This document shows positions 34,925 through 43,729 of a stretch of 64,000 nt of DNA, piece after piece. The notes under the pieces were generated by a model. That model searched no databases and had not been told where the DNA came from. It was given only the letters and a program-made list of their open reading frames with translations. A program made the translations under genes and the position numbers. The stretch is taken from positions 9,025-73,024 of the forward strand of contig CAZLQH010000003.1 of assembly GCA_964561595.1 (NCBI GenBank), in the 5' to 3' direction. The DNA is from an uncultured bacterium (lineage in GTDB: Bacteria; Deinococcota; Deinococci; Deinococcales; Trueperaceae). Numbering within the stretch: the stretch's first letter is position 1; each line of letters starts with the position of its first letter.

Positions 34925-36168
34925 GATGTTCCTTCCCGGCGCGTCGCCGCGCCCGCCCGCGTCGCGGCGCTGGCCCGCATCGTCGCGTGATCCCGCCAGA
35001 TCGGCTCCAGCACGGCCGAGAGGCGCTTGGCGACGGCGGCGTTGTGTTCCTCGACCTGCTGGCGCCTGGGTTGCTGCGGATGGTCGTCCGGACCGTCGAG
35101 CGCCCGCTCCGGGAGCGGACCCCCGGCCGCCTCGCGCCAGCGGTGCCGCCAGGCGTCCGGTAGGCGGTCCGGGACCTCCCGCCCGGTCATCGCCGACCAG
35201 GCCTGAGCCCAGGCGCGCGGCGCCACGGAGAACGCCTCGTAGCCGCCGCCGCCGGTGACGATCCAGCGACCGCCGGTGAGCTCGTCCGCCAGCGCCGCGA
35301 CGCGTCGGTAGAGGTCGCGCAGGCCTCGCAACGTGAGCGACAGGTCGGCCAGCGGATCGTCGCGGTGTGGATCGGCGCCGGCCTGCACCAGAAGCAGGTC
35401 CGGTCCGAACGCACGCAGCGCGCGGGGGACCACCTCGTCGAACGCGTCGAGGTAGCTGTCGTCCTCGGTGAACGGCTCCAGCGGGAGGTTCACCGACAGG
35501 CCCCGGCCCTCTCCGGTCCCCAGCTCGTAGCTGTGCCCGGTGCCGGGGAAGAGGTACCGGCCGGACTCGTGCAGGCTGATCGTGAGCACGTCGGCGCGAT
35601 CGTAGAACACCTGCTGGACCCCGTCGCCGTGGTGCGCGTCCAGGTCGAGGTAGGCGACGCGGAGTCCGCGGTCGGTGGCGCGCAGGATCGCCAGCGCCAG
35701 GTCGTCGTACACGCAGAAGCCCGAAGCCCGGTCGGGCATGGCGTGGTGCAGGCCTCCCGCGAAGGTCGCGGCGCGCCTCGTGCGGCCGTCCAGCACCAGC
35801 TGCATCGCGGTCACGGTGGCGGCGCAGACCGCCTCGACGCTCTGGTGCAGCCCGTCGACGACGGGCGTGTCGGCCGTCCCGAGACCGAACCGGTACGCCT
35901 CTTCGGGACGTTCGCCTCGCGAGACCCGGGCGACCATCTCGAGGTACGCGGCGTCGTGGACCCGCCCCAGCTCGCCAGGCCGAAGCGGGGTGGGCGCGAC
36001 CACCTCGTCCGCGTGGAGCAGGCCGGCGGTCTCGAGCAGGTCCTTGACGAGGGCCAGGCGGACCGGCTTGAACGGGTGGTCGGGCGACAGCGTCCAGCTC
36101 GCCAGCTCGGGGGCGTAGACGAACGCGGCGTCGAGCGTGGGCTCCGCGGACGGGTCGGCATCGCTCAC
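34921..36168 (-). CDS. acuC: Acetoin utilization protein AcuC / class I histone-deacetylase-like lysine deacetylase
   Basis: Part of ORF 34921..36576(-). GTG 36168 overlaps the acuB stop (GTGA). Motifs GGLHHA, DLDAHHGDG and GGGGY are characteristic of the Zn-dependent HDAC fold. Confidence 0.88.
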   Translation of the reverse strand: MSDADPSAEPTLDAAFVYAPELASWTLSPDHPFKPVRLALVKDLLETAGLLHADEVVAPTPLRPGELGRVHDAAYLEMVARVSRGERPEEAYRFGLGTADTPVVDGLHQSVEAVCAATVTAMQLVLDGRTRRAATFAGGLHHAMPDRASGFCVYDDLALAILRATDRGLRVAYLDLDAHHGDGVQQVFYDRADVLTISLHESGRYLFPGTGHSYELGTGEGRGLSVNLPLEPFTEDDSYLDAFDEVVPRALRAFGPDLLLVQAGADPHRDDPLADLSLTLRGLRDLYRRVAALADELTGGRWIVTGGGGYEAFSVAPRAWAQAWSAMTGREVPDRLPDAWRHRWREAAGGPLPERALDGPDDHPQQPRRQQVEEHNAAVAKRLSAVLEPIWRDHATMRASAATRAGAATRREGTS

Positions 36169-36815
36169 GTGGGCTCGGGACCGGACGACGGCTCCCGTTC
36201 CAGCGGCCAGCCGATCTCGTACCCCTCCTCGCGCAGCCAGCGCGCCAGGCCGCGCCCGTCCATCGTGCCGACGCGCAGCACGAACGCGACGACGTCCGGC
36301 TCGCTCCGGGTCGTGAGGACGCTCGCGACGTTCGCGCCGCGCGCGGCCAGCCGGTCCAGCAGCCCGGCCAGGGCGCCGGGACGGTTGGGCAGCTCGACCT
36401 CGAGGCGGGTCGACGCCCGCCCGACGCCCGTCATCTCGACCAGCGCGTCCAGAAAGTCGCTGGCCGTGACGATGCCGACCAGGTCGCCGGACTCCATGAC
36501 GGGCATCGCTCCGATGGCGTGGTGGCGCAGAACGCTGGCCGCCTCGTCGATCGGGTCCAGCGGGTGGGCCGTCCACACGAGCGTCGTCATCAACGCGCGC
36601 ACGGGATCCGAGACGCCGACGTCGGGCCGGGCCTTGGGGTGGCGGCTTCCGACGGTGCGGAGGTCACGGTCGGACACGATGCCGACGAGGCGCCCCTCGT
36701 CCAGGACGGGGAAGTGTCGTAGGCGCCGTTGCGCCATCAGGGCGGTCACGTCGCCGATCGGCTCGTCGGGGCCGATGGCGACCACCGGTCGCGTCATGAT
36801 GTCTCGTACGAGCAT
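36165..36815 (-). CDS. acuB: Acetoin utilization protein AcuB (tandem CBS domains plus ACT domain)
   Basis: Part of ORF 36165..37166(-). ATG 36815 with a GAGGAGGA SD. MLVRDIMTRPVVAI...HFPVLDEGRLVGIVSDRDL (CBS pair), then LEVELPNRPGALAGLLDRLAARGANV (ACT). Confidence 0.85.
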   Translation of the reverse strand: MLVRDIMTRPVVAIGPDEPIGDVTALMAQRRLRHFPVLDEGRLVGIVSDRDLRTVGSRHPKARPDVGVSDPVRALMTTLVWTAHPLDPIDEAASVLRHHAIGAMPVMESGDLVGIVTASDFLDALVEMTGVGRASTRLEVELPNRPGALAGLLDRLAARGANVASVLTTRSEPDVVAFVLRVGTMDGRGLARWLREEGYEIGWPLEREPSSGPEPT

Positions 36816-36852
36816 GGTCCTCCTCGGGTCGCCCCACGATAGCGCGAACCGC

Positions 36853-37440
36853 TCATGCGCCCAGTCCGCGCGGCTTCGTACGTAGCCGGTGGAACTCGCG
36901 CACGACGGCCTCGGGCGCGCCTGGGCCGATGCGCGCGACCAGGCCGTTGGCGGGATCGGCGCGCACCTCGGGGTCGCTGGTGGGCATCGGCTCCAGTCCG
37001 ACCTTGCCGTACAGGCGCTCCAGGCGGCGCTTGTACGCGAACGGTCCGAGGCCGGACCGGTCGAGGTCGTAGTGCCAGGCGTAGAGGGTGGCGAACACGA
37101 CCGTGCCGTCGTAGCGGCCGCCGGCGAACGCCCACTCGAGCATCCGCTCGGCGAGGTGCTCGCCACGGACGGCGGGCGCGACCTCGACGGCGCCGAGCTC
37201 GATCAGGCGACCGCTGCGGTCGTCGCCCCAGGTCTCGATCTCGCTGGGCGGGTGGAAGGTGACGTAGCCGACGGTACGCGTCGCGTCCTCGGCGACGACG
37301 ACGAGGCCGTGCGGGTCGGACGCGATGTCGATGAGCGCGAGGCGCTGCAGATCGGGCGGCCGGAACACGTCCAACGCGGGGTGAAGAGGAAGGGGAGGCG
37401 CGTCCGCGGTCAGCTCGCGGACGCGCGCTCCCGACGTCAT
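36853..37440 (-). CDS. acuA: Acetoin utilization protein AcuA (GNAT-type protein lysine acetyltransferase)
   Basis: Part of ORF 36853..37791(-). ATG 37440 overlaps the stop of the STAND gene (ATGA). Blocks shared with B. subtilis AcuA as I recall it: VGYVTF, LIELGAVEVAP..RG, DPEV..DPANGLVARIG, FHRLR. Confidence 0.85.
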   Translation of the reverse strand: MTSGARVRELTADAPPLPLHPALDVFRPPDLQRLALIDIASDPHGLVVVAEDATRTVGYVTFHPPSEIETWGDDRSGRLIELGAVEVAPAVRGEHLAERMLEWAFAGGRYDGTVVFATLYAWHYDLDRSGLGPFAYKRRLERLYGKVGLEPMPTSDPEVRADPANGLVARIGPGAPEAVVREFHRLRTKPRGLGA

Positions 37441-40400
37441 GCGGGGCTCTCGGCGGGGAGGGCGCCGTCTCGGGCGTGGGCGCGCCAGCGGTCGACGAGC
37501 AGGTCGCCCGGCCGGAGCAGCCCGTCGGCCGCTTCGCCCCGGAGCGGCGCGGGGAAGCGCGGGTGCGTGAGCCAGGCGGTCCGGCCGTGCGTCTCGAGCG
37601 CCTCGCCCGCCGCCCGGAGCGCGCCCGCGCGCATCGTGCTCGGAAGGTCGTCGTCCAGCAGGCGCCCGAGCGTGGCGCCGAGCGACGCCGGATCGCCGTG
37701 CGCCACGTCGATGCGAAGCGCCAAGGCACGTAGCCACGCGTGCAGGCCCGGATCGCCCGTGCTGTCGCCGACGGCCTGCAGCGCGGACCATGCCTGGTCC
37801 ACCGCTTCGCCCGCGGCGCCGGCCCGCCCGGCGCGGAGCAGCGCCGCCGCCCGGTGCACGGCCACTTCGGCGCGCAGGAAGGGGAAGCGCGAGAACCGGT
37901 CGGCGCGGTCGACCAGCGCCAGGGCATCCGGCGCCGGTTCCAGCAACGACGCGACCAGCAGCGCGCGCCGAGCCAGGGCGTCGGCAGGCCGCGTCTCCTC
38001 CTCGCCGGCCGGTACGCGGCGCGCGACGGTCTCGAGCAGCGCGCGCGCCTGCCTAAGGTCGCGACTCCGCGCGGGAGCGTCGTCCAGCTGCGGGAAGGGC
38101 GGGACCCAGGCGACGCCGAGGCCTCGGGCGGCGTAGGCGGCGCCCAGTCGAAGGACCGTCCGATCGATCCGGTAGGCGGCGTCCACCCCGTGGGCGTCGC
38201 CGTAGGCGCGATAGCGCTCCGCGGTCGACGCCAGCAGCGAGACCGCCCGGTCGTGGTCGCCGCGGGCCAGCAGCAGCAGCGCGCGTTCGTCGTCCACCCG
38301 CGCGCTCCAGAAGCCGCGTTCGATCGCGTCGCCCTCCTCCGTGTCGAGGATCGTGCGCGCGGCGGCGAAGTCGGCGTCCGCGGCGTCCAGGTCGCCGAGG
38401 CGGAGCGACAGCGTGGCGCGGCGGGCCAGGTACCGGGTGCGCTCGCTCCCGAGCGCACCGCTCCGCTGTGCCAGGCGGACCGCGTCGTCGAAGCTGGCCG
38501 AGGCGTCCGCGAAGCGGCCCAGCGACATCCGCACGTCGCCGGACTGGAACGCCAGGCGCGCGCGCACGAGGTCGTCGTCGGACTCGACGCTGGCGAACTC
38601 GCGGGCCGCCGCTTCGAGGTCGCCGCGGTCCTTGTGGATCAGGCCGGCCCACACCGCCACCTTGGCGCGCCCGAGACGCTGCGCGGCGTCGCGACCCTCG
38701 AGCGTCGCGACCTGGGGACGCGCCTCGGTCTCGACGATGCGGGCGGCTTCCTCGAGATCGCCGCGCCAACGCACGATGCTGGCGCGGACCAGCGCCGCCT
38801 CCGCCGACATCAGCGGATCGTCGCTGCCCGGCCACGAGGCGAGCAGCAGGCGGGCCGTCTCGTGGTGCCCGCGCAGCACCGAGCCTTCGGCCTGCTTGAG
38901 CACCGCCCACGCCCGGCGCCGCGCGTCCGCGGACGCTGTGAGCACGGTGAACGCGTCCAGGGCGTCGCTGTGCTGGTACGAGCCCAGCTTCACGTAGTGG
39001 CCGGCGACCTCTTCGGCCAGCCGCTCGAACGCGCCTCTGTCGCGAGGAGCGAGCTCGTCGCGTGCCGTGCGCCAGGCGCGCCGCGCCAGCGACTGGGGGA
39101 CCCCGTGCTGGCGCATCCATTCGATCAGCGCGTCCCAGTCGCGCGCTTCGTAGAGATGGTGGACGTGCCGAGCCGCGGTCTCGCCGCTGGGCGCCGCCTC
39201 CGCTTCGTCGTGGAGCCGCGCCGCGGCGGCCGCGTGGAGGCGGCGGTGACGCTGGGGGTCGTCGTTCGCCAGCCGGTCTCGGAGCGCACGGACCAAGCGA
39301 CGGGAGAAGCAACGGACCTCGTCGGCGTCGTCGCCGGGCAGCGTGTCGACGAAGGCGCGCTCGAGCTCGCTGGGCGAGCCTTGCTGGTCCGGCCTCAGCG
39401 CGCTCAGATCGGCGAGGCGGAAGGTCGGGAACTCGGGCAGCGAGATGACCGCGAGGGCCGCCAGGAAGTCGCGCAGCCGTGCGTCGCCGCCACCGATCAC
39501 GAGGTCGCTCAGCCGCGCGATGGACGCTTCCGAGGTGTCGTCTTCGGGCAGCGGGGCTCGGATCTCCGCGAGCAGGGTGAGCGTCCTCAGCTCTTCGAAC
39601 GAGCGGCCGGCCCGCTGGACGATCTCCTCCTGCTCGCCGGCGGGCAGGTGCGGCAGGCGCGCCTTGACGAAGCGGCGGGCCTCGCCCGCTGTGGGCGGCG
39701 TGAGTCTTACGGGCACGCCGAAGCCGCCGGGACGCTGAAGCGCACGGGCGGGCAGATCGGTCATCGAGACGAGGACGCTGGTCGAGGGAAGGGTCGAGAG
39801 CGGGTCGATCAGGGTGGACCAGAGCCACTCGGGCGCGCCCACGCGCGGGACCTCGGGCGTGTTCAGCCGGAGCGGCACCGCGCCCAGCGTCTGCTGGTGC
39901 GTGAGGGCCTGGGAGACGTGGAGCAGGAGGACCACGGGAGCGTCGTCGGCGCGCAGGGCGTCGAGGATCGCCCGGGCGACGTCGGCCTGGGCGTCCGCCT
40001 GGACGGCGTAGGCGCCGCCCGTGCCGATCTTGGCCAGGCGCGCCTCCATCGCGTCGCGCTCGACCCCCAGGCGCTCGCCGAGGCGGGCCAGCGTCGTTCC
40101 CAGATCGGCGCCGCCGAACTCCGCACGGATCACCTGCGCATCGGCCGCAGGTGGAACCTGGAGCGCCTGCTGGATGTAGTCGGTGAGCATCGTCTTGCCG
40201 GAGCCGGGCCGGCCGGTGACGAGGAGCTTGGGGTGCTCGCCGTCCCGTACCGAGCGGACGAACGAGCGGAACGCGCGCCGCTTCTCGCGTCCGAGGAGCT
40301 GCAGCACCTCCTGCTCGGCGCTGGCGTGCGGCGAGAGCAGAACCTCGATCTCGGGCGCGTGCAGCGGCTCGTCGCTGGCGGCGGCCCACAGCTCCCGGAG

Positions 40401-40619
40401 GATCTCGAACAGCACGCGCTTGTCGGAGAGCTTGCCCTTGTCGCGGTAGATGATGTTGCGCACGACGTTCGGGTTCGCGCCGCGCGCCTCCATCTGCCTA
40501 CGGAGCCAGTTGATGCTTCCGAGCACGCCCTGCTCGTCGCGTCTGGTGCCGACGGCGTCGCGCACCGTCTCGAAGACGGCACGCCAAGGACTGACGGTGG
40601 TTCGCGGAGTCGCGGGCAC
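37437..40619 (-). CDS. STAND-like P-loop NTPase with a long helical/TPR-like C-terminal region and a possible N-terminal HTH
   Basis: ORF 37437..40619(-), 1060 aa. GTG start 6 nt after a TAGACT hexamer. Walker A GRPGSGKT at aa 136-143. Hydrophobic strand VVLLLH (about aa 229-234) in the Walker B position without the canonical Asp. About 650 aa of Ala/Leu/Arg-rich helical repeats. In the N-terminal 130 aa, INWLRRQMEARGANPNVVRNIIYRDKGKLSDKRVLFEIL loosely resembles an XRE-type HTH. Confidence 0.8.
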   Translation of the reverse strand: MPATPRTTVSPWRAVFETVRDAVGTRRDEQGVLGSINWLRRQMEARGANPNVVRNIIYRDKGKLSDKRVLFEILRELWAAASDEPLHAPEIEVLLSPHASAEQEVLQLLGREKRRAFRSFVRSVRDGEHPKLLVTGRPGSGKTMLTDYIQQALQVPPAADAQVIRAEFGGADLGTTLARLGERLGVERDAMEARLAKIGTGGAYAVQADAQADVARAILDALRADDAPVVLLLHVSQALTHQQTLGAVPLRLNTPEVPRVGAPEWLWSTLIDPLSTLPSTSVLVSMTDLPARALQRPGGFGVPVRLTPPTAGEARRFVKARLPHLPAGEQEEIVQRAGRSFEELRTLTLLAEIRAPLPEDDTSEASIARLSDLVIGGGDARLRDFLAALAVISLPEFPTFRLADLSALRPDQQGSPSELERAFVDTLPGDDADEVRCFSRRLVRALRDRLANDDPQRHRRLHAAAAARLHDEAEAAPSGETAARHVHHLYEARDWDALIEWMRQHGVPQSLARRAWRTARDELAPRDRGAFERLAEEVAGHYVKLGSYQHSDALDAFTVLTASADARRRAWAVLKQAEGSVLRGHHETARLLLASWPGSDDPLMSAEAALVRASIVRWRGDLEEAARIVETEARPQVATLEGRDAAQRLGRAKVAVWAGLIHKDRGDLEAAAREFASVESDDDLVRARLAFQSGDVRMSLGRFADASASFDDAVRLAQRSGALGSERTRYLARRATLSLRLGDLDAADADFAAARTILDTEEGDAIERGFWSARVDDERALLLLARGDHDRAVSLLASTAERYRAYGDAHGVDAAYRIDRTVLRLGAAYAARGLGVAWVPPFPQLDDAPARSRDLRQARALLETVARRVPAGEEETRPADALARRALLVASLLEPAPDALALVDRADRFSRFPFLRAEVAVHRAAALLRAGRAGAAGEAVDQAWSALQAVGDSTGDPGLHAWLRALALRIDVAHGDPASLGATLGRLLDDDLPSTMRAGALRAAGEALETHGRTAWLTHPRFPAPLRGEAADGLLRPGDLLVDRWRAHARDGALPAESPA

Positions 40620-40796
40620 CTCCCTAGTCTATCGTGACCGGTAATCGGGTACACAATCTCGCAGACGGCGTGGGAGCGCTCGCGCCGCCGCTTTCGCAGC
40701 GCCGTCGCGCGCGGGTACACATCGCATCCAGCCGCCGCGGTCGTCCCGTCCCCGGGGCCACGGAACGGCGCGAGGGCCGGTGCTATGCTCCGCGCC

Positions 40797-41942
40797 ATGG
40801 ATCTGCTGGCCCACGCCGCCTCCGGTGCGCGCCTCACGGCCGACGAAGCGCTCGAGCTTCAAGCGGCCCCGCTGTTCGCGCTGGCGGGCGCCGCCGACGC
40901 CGTGCGGCGCCTGCGGACCGACCCGACCACCGTCACCTACCTGATCGATCGCAACGTGAACTACTCGAACGTGTGCACGATCGGCTGCGCCTTCTGCGGC
41001 TTCTACCGCACGCGTCGGCAGGCGGACGCGTACGTGCTGAGCTACGACGCCATCTCCGAGAAGCTCCGCGAGCTCGAGGCGGTCGGGGGGAGCCGCGTGC
41101 TCATGCAGGGCGGCGTGCACCCGACCCTGCCGTTCTCCTGGTACCTGGACCTGATGCGGCACCTCAAGGAGCGTCACCCGACGATCCGCGTCGAGTCGTT
41201 CAGCCCCGAGGAGATCAAGGGCATGGCGAAGCTGACCGGCATGACCCCCCTCGAGGTGCTGCGGGAGCTGGCCGCGGCCGGCCTCGACGGGCTTCCGGGA
41301 GGCGGAGGCGAGATGCTCGTCGACGACGTCCGCCACGCCAAGCACGTGTCGCCGGCGCGCATCTCGGCAGACGAGTGGATCGCCGTGATGGACGACGCCC
41401 AGTCGCTGGGGCTCTACACGACCGCGACGATGGTGATCGGCTTCGGAGAGACCGAAGCGCAACGCATCGCGAGCCTCATGCGGATCCGCGATCAGCAGGA
41501 CCGGGCGCTGTCCCGCTACGGCAGCGGCTTCTCGGCGTTCATCTCGTGGACCCTCCAGACCGAGGGCGTCCGCATCCACGGCAAGGCGCCCGGCGCCGGC
41601 CCGCACGAGTACCTGAAGAACGTCGCGACCGCCCGGCTGGTGCTCGACAACGTCGTGAACCACCAGGCGTCCTGGCCGACGATGGGCTACAAGGTCGCGC
41701 AGACGGCGCTGCACTTCGGCTGCAACGACTTCGGCAGCACGATGCTCGAGGAGAACGTGGTCTCGCAGGCGGGCGCCAGGCACCGCGCCACGCCCGAGCG
41801 CGAGATGGTGCGCCAGATCGTCGAGGCGGGCTACGTCCCCAAGCAGCGAGACAGCCTCTACGCCATCGTCGCGGTCCCCGACGTCGACGCCGTCCTCGCG
41901 CCCCCCGCGCCGGGCGCGGACGAGCCGCAGCCGGCGGCGTAG
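40797..41942 (+). CDS. Radical SAM menaquinone (futalosine pathway) enzyme of the MqnC/MqnE family
   Basis: ORF 40785..41942(+). I prefer ATG 40797 because ATG 40785 lies inside a TGcTATGCT extended -10 (40784-40789) that sits 7 nt before 40797. CxxxCxxC cluster NYSNVCTIGCAFCGFY, GG motif VLMQGGVHP, CofH/MqnC-type C-terminal domain. Confidence 0.85.
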   Translation: MDLLAHAASGARLTADEALELQAAPLFALAGAADAVRRLRTDPTTVTYLIDRNVNYSNVCTIGCAFCGFYRTRRQADAYVLSYDAISEKLRELEAVGGSRVLMQGGVHPTLPFSWYLDLMRHLKERHPTIRVESFSPEEIKGMAKLTGMTPLEVLRELAAAGLDGLPGGGGEMLVDDVRHAKHVSPARISADEWIAVMDDAQSLGLYTTATMVIGFGETEAQRIASLMRIRDQQDRALSRYGSGFSAFISWTLQTEGVRIHGKAPGAGPHEYLKNVATARLVLDNVVNHQASWPTMGYKVAQTALHFGCNDFGSTMLEENVVSQAGARHRATPEREMVRQIVEAGYVPKQRDSLYAIVAVPDVDAVLAPPAPGADEPQPAA

Positions 41943-41979
41943 GCCGGCTCCGTGACGCCGCGCCCGTGACGCCGCTCCC

Positions 41980-43152
41980 GTGAGCCTGACGCGGACGCGC
42001 CTGCGGGCGCGGGTCGTGTACGGCGGCCTCGGGACGGCGGTCGAGGATGGCGCCGCCGTGGTCCAGGACGCCGACGGCGATCGCCGTCTGCTGTACGTCG
42101 GAGACGGCGAGGAGGCGACGCGACGCTGGCCCGACGCCGACGAGGTCGACGCGGGGTTCGCGCTCTCGCCGGCGCCGGTGAACGCCCACCTCCATCTCGA
42201 TCTGACGAGCATGCCGCACGTCGAGGACGACTACGAAGCGTTCGTGCGGGCGGTCGTCCGTCACGGACGCGACGGGCGCCGCGGCGTCGAGGCGGCGCGG
42301 CGGGGCCTCGCCCAGCTCGCCGCGGCGGGCACGACGACGTTCGGCGACATCGTCGCCGACGAGGCCACCATGCGGCTTCTGCTGGCGACGCCCGGCGTCC
42401 AGGGCGTCGCGTACTGGGAGGTGTTCGCACCCGATCCCGCCGACGCGGACGCGGTGTTCGACGCCACCGTCGAACGGCTGCGCGCCTTCCGGGCGCTTCA
42501 GCGGCCGGACGGGCTCCGGGTCGGCCTGTCGCCCCACGCGCCGCACACCGTCTCGGCGCCTCTGCTCGTCCGGCTGGCGCGGCTGGCGTCGGCGAACGAC
42601 CTGCCGATGCAGATCCACGTGGCCGAGTCGCCCTCCGAGACGCGGCTCCACCGCCACGGCGACGGTCCGCTACGGGAGCTGATGGGTCCGCTCCTGAGCG
42701 ACTTCCGACCTTCGGGTCGCTCGCCGGTCGGGTACTTGGCCGAGCTCGGCGTGCTGGAGGCCCGCCCGACGCTGGTGCACGGCGTGCACGTCGACGAGGC
42801 GGACGTCCGCGCCGTTCAGCGCGCGGGAAGCGCGGTCGTGCACTGCCCTCGCTCGAACCGCTCGCTCCGGACCGGCTCGTTTCCGTGGGAGCTGTACGCG
42901 CGTCACGGGGTGAGCGTCGCGTTCGGGACCGACTCGCGCGGGTCCAGCCCGTCGCTCGACGTCCAGGAGGAGGTCGTGGCCGCGGCGCGCTGGCACGGTC
43001 GGCACGCGAATCCGGGCGCGCTGGTGCGTGCCGCGGTGAAGGGTGGACACCGTGCGCTGGGCGCCACGCCGCCCAGGGTGGGGCGCGGCGACCCCGCCGA
43101 CAGGCTCGTCGCGTGGCACGTGGGGGTGCCGGGCGGCGTGTCCGACGTATGA
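41980..43152 (+). CDS. Amidohydrolase-superfamily deaminase (candidate aminodeoxyfutalosine deaminase)
   Basis: ORF 41980..43152(+), 390 aa, GTG start. Metal-binding Hx[11 protein letters not shown], later HVAES and HGVH, and the FGTDS Asp motif of the cytosine/guanine/SAH-deaminase subgroup. The specific function is inferred from adjacency to the mqn gene. Confidence 0.8.
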   Translation: MSLTRTRLRARVVYGGLGTAVEDGAAVVQDADGDRRLLYVGDGEEATRRWPDADEVDAGFALSPAPVNAHLHLDLTSMPHVEDDYEAFVRAVVRHGRDGRRGVEAARRGLAQLAAAGTTTFGDIVADEATMRLLLATPGVQGVAYWEVFAPDPADADAVFDATVERLRAFRALQRPDGLRVGLSPHAPHTVSAPLLVRLARLASANDLPMQIHVAESPSETRLHRHGDGPLRELMGPLLSDFRPSGRSPVGYLAELGVLEARPTLVHGVHVDEADVRAVQRAGSAVVHCPRSNRSLRTGSFPWELYARHGVSVAFGTDSRGSSPSLDVQEEVVAAARWHGRHANPGALVRAAVKGGHRALGATPPRVGRGDPADRLVAWHVGVPGGVSDV

Positions 43153-43247
43153 CATCCACCGCGCTCCGCCAGGACGTATTCTCGTCCGAGTCCAGGTGCG
43201 GCGCGCGGCATCGAACGCCGGCGAAGCACGAAATCACGGGAGGAACC

Positions 43248-43574
43248 ATGAGCGAGAAGCTGATCGAACTCAACGACGACACCTTCGTCGATACCGCCAA
43301 GGAAGGCCTCGTCCTCGTCGACTTCTGGGCGCCGTGGTGCGGCCCCTGTCGGATGGTGGGCCCCGTCATCGAGGAGCTCAGCCGCGACTACGCCGGCACG
43401 GTGAAGGTCGGCAAGCTCAACGTCGACGACAACCCGCAGACCGCGATGCGGTTCCGGGTCATGTCGATCCCGACGGTGATGCTGTTCAAGGACGGCCAGC
43501 CGGTCGAGACGATCGTCGGCGCCATGCCCAAGAGCGCGTACCAGGCGCGGCTCGACAAGCACCTCCCGGCCTGA
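43248..43574 (+). CDS. trxA: Thioredoxin
   Basis: 3' part of ORF 42885..43574(+). ATG 43248 with a GGGAGGAA SD. 108 aa with the WCGPC active site and the [12 protein letters not shown] block. Confidence 0.93.
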   Translation: MSEKLIELNDDTFVDTAKEGLVLVDFWAPWCGPCRMVGPVIEELSRDYAGTVKVGKLNVDDNPQTAMRFRVMSIPTVMLFKDGQPVETIVGAMPKSAYQARLDKHLPA

Positions 43575-43590
43575 TCGCCAGGTCGTGCGT

Positions 43591-43651
43591 GTTCCGGCGC
43601 ACGGCGCCGGGAACGCAGCGAAGCGGGCGGCCCCTCGGGGCCGCCCGCTTC
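43591..43651. terminator. Two tandem GC-rich hairpins between convergent trxA and the 825-aa secreted-protein gene
   Basis: GTTCCGGCGC-ACG-GCGCCGGGAAC (43591-43614, one bulge) and GAAGCGGGCGGCCC-loop-GGGCCGCCCGCTTC (43620-43651), followed by GTGTTCGT. Confidence 0.6.
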
Positions 43652-43729
43652 GTGTTCGTCCGGTCAGGGACGCTGCAGGGCCGTGACGCCGCCGCCACGG
43701 CGGTCGTCACGGCCCTGCTCGCTACCGGC

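Noticed and set aside
37437-40619. The STAND NTPase as an antiviral Avs/NLR-type defence protein.
   Set aside because: No nuclease, protease, TIR, SIR2 or other effector domain is recognisable. The N-terminus looks more like a small HTH. The gene is translationally fused into a metabolic or regulatory acu operon rather than a defence island. This cannot be fully excluded without structure or HMM analysis.
40785-40796. ATG 40785 (mqn-type gene) and ATG 20323 (MATE) as start codons, as in the longest ORFs of the track.
   Set aside because: Both ATGs lie within TAnnnT -10 hexamers (TATGCT at 40784-40789; ATGCTA, the reverse complement of TAGCAT, at 20323-20328 belonging to the divergent gene). 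Downstream in-frame ATGs sit at the leaderless distance from a -10 and give N-termini typical of the families.
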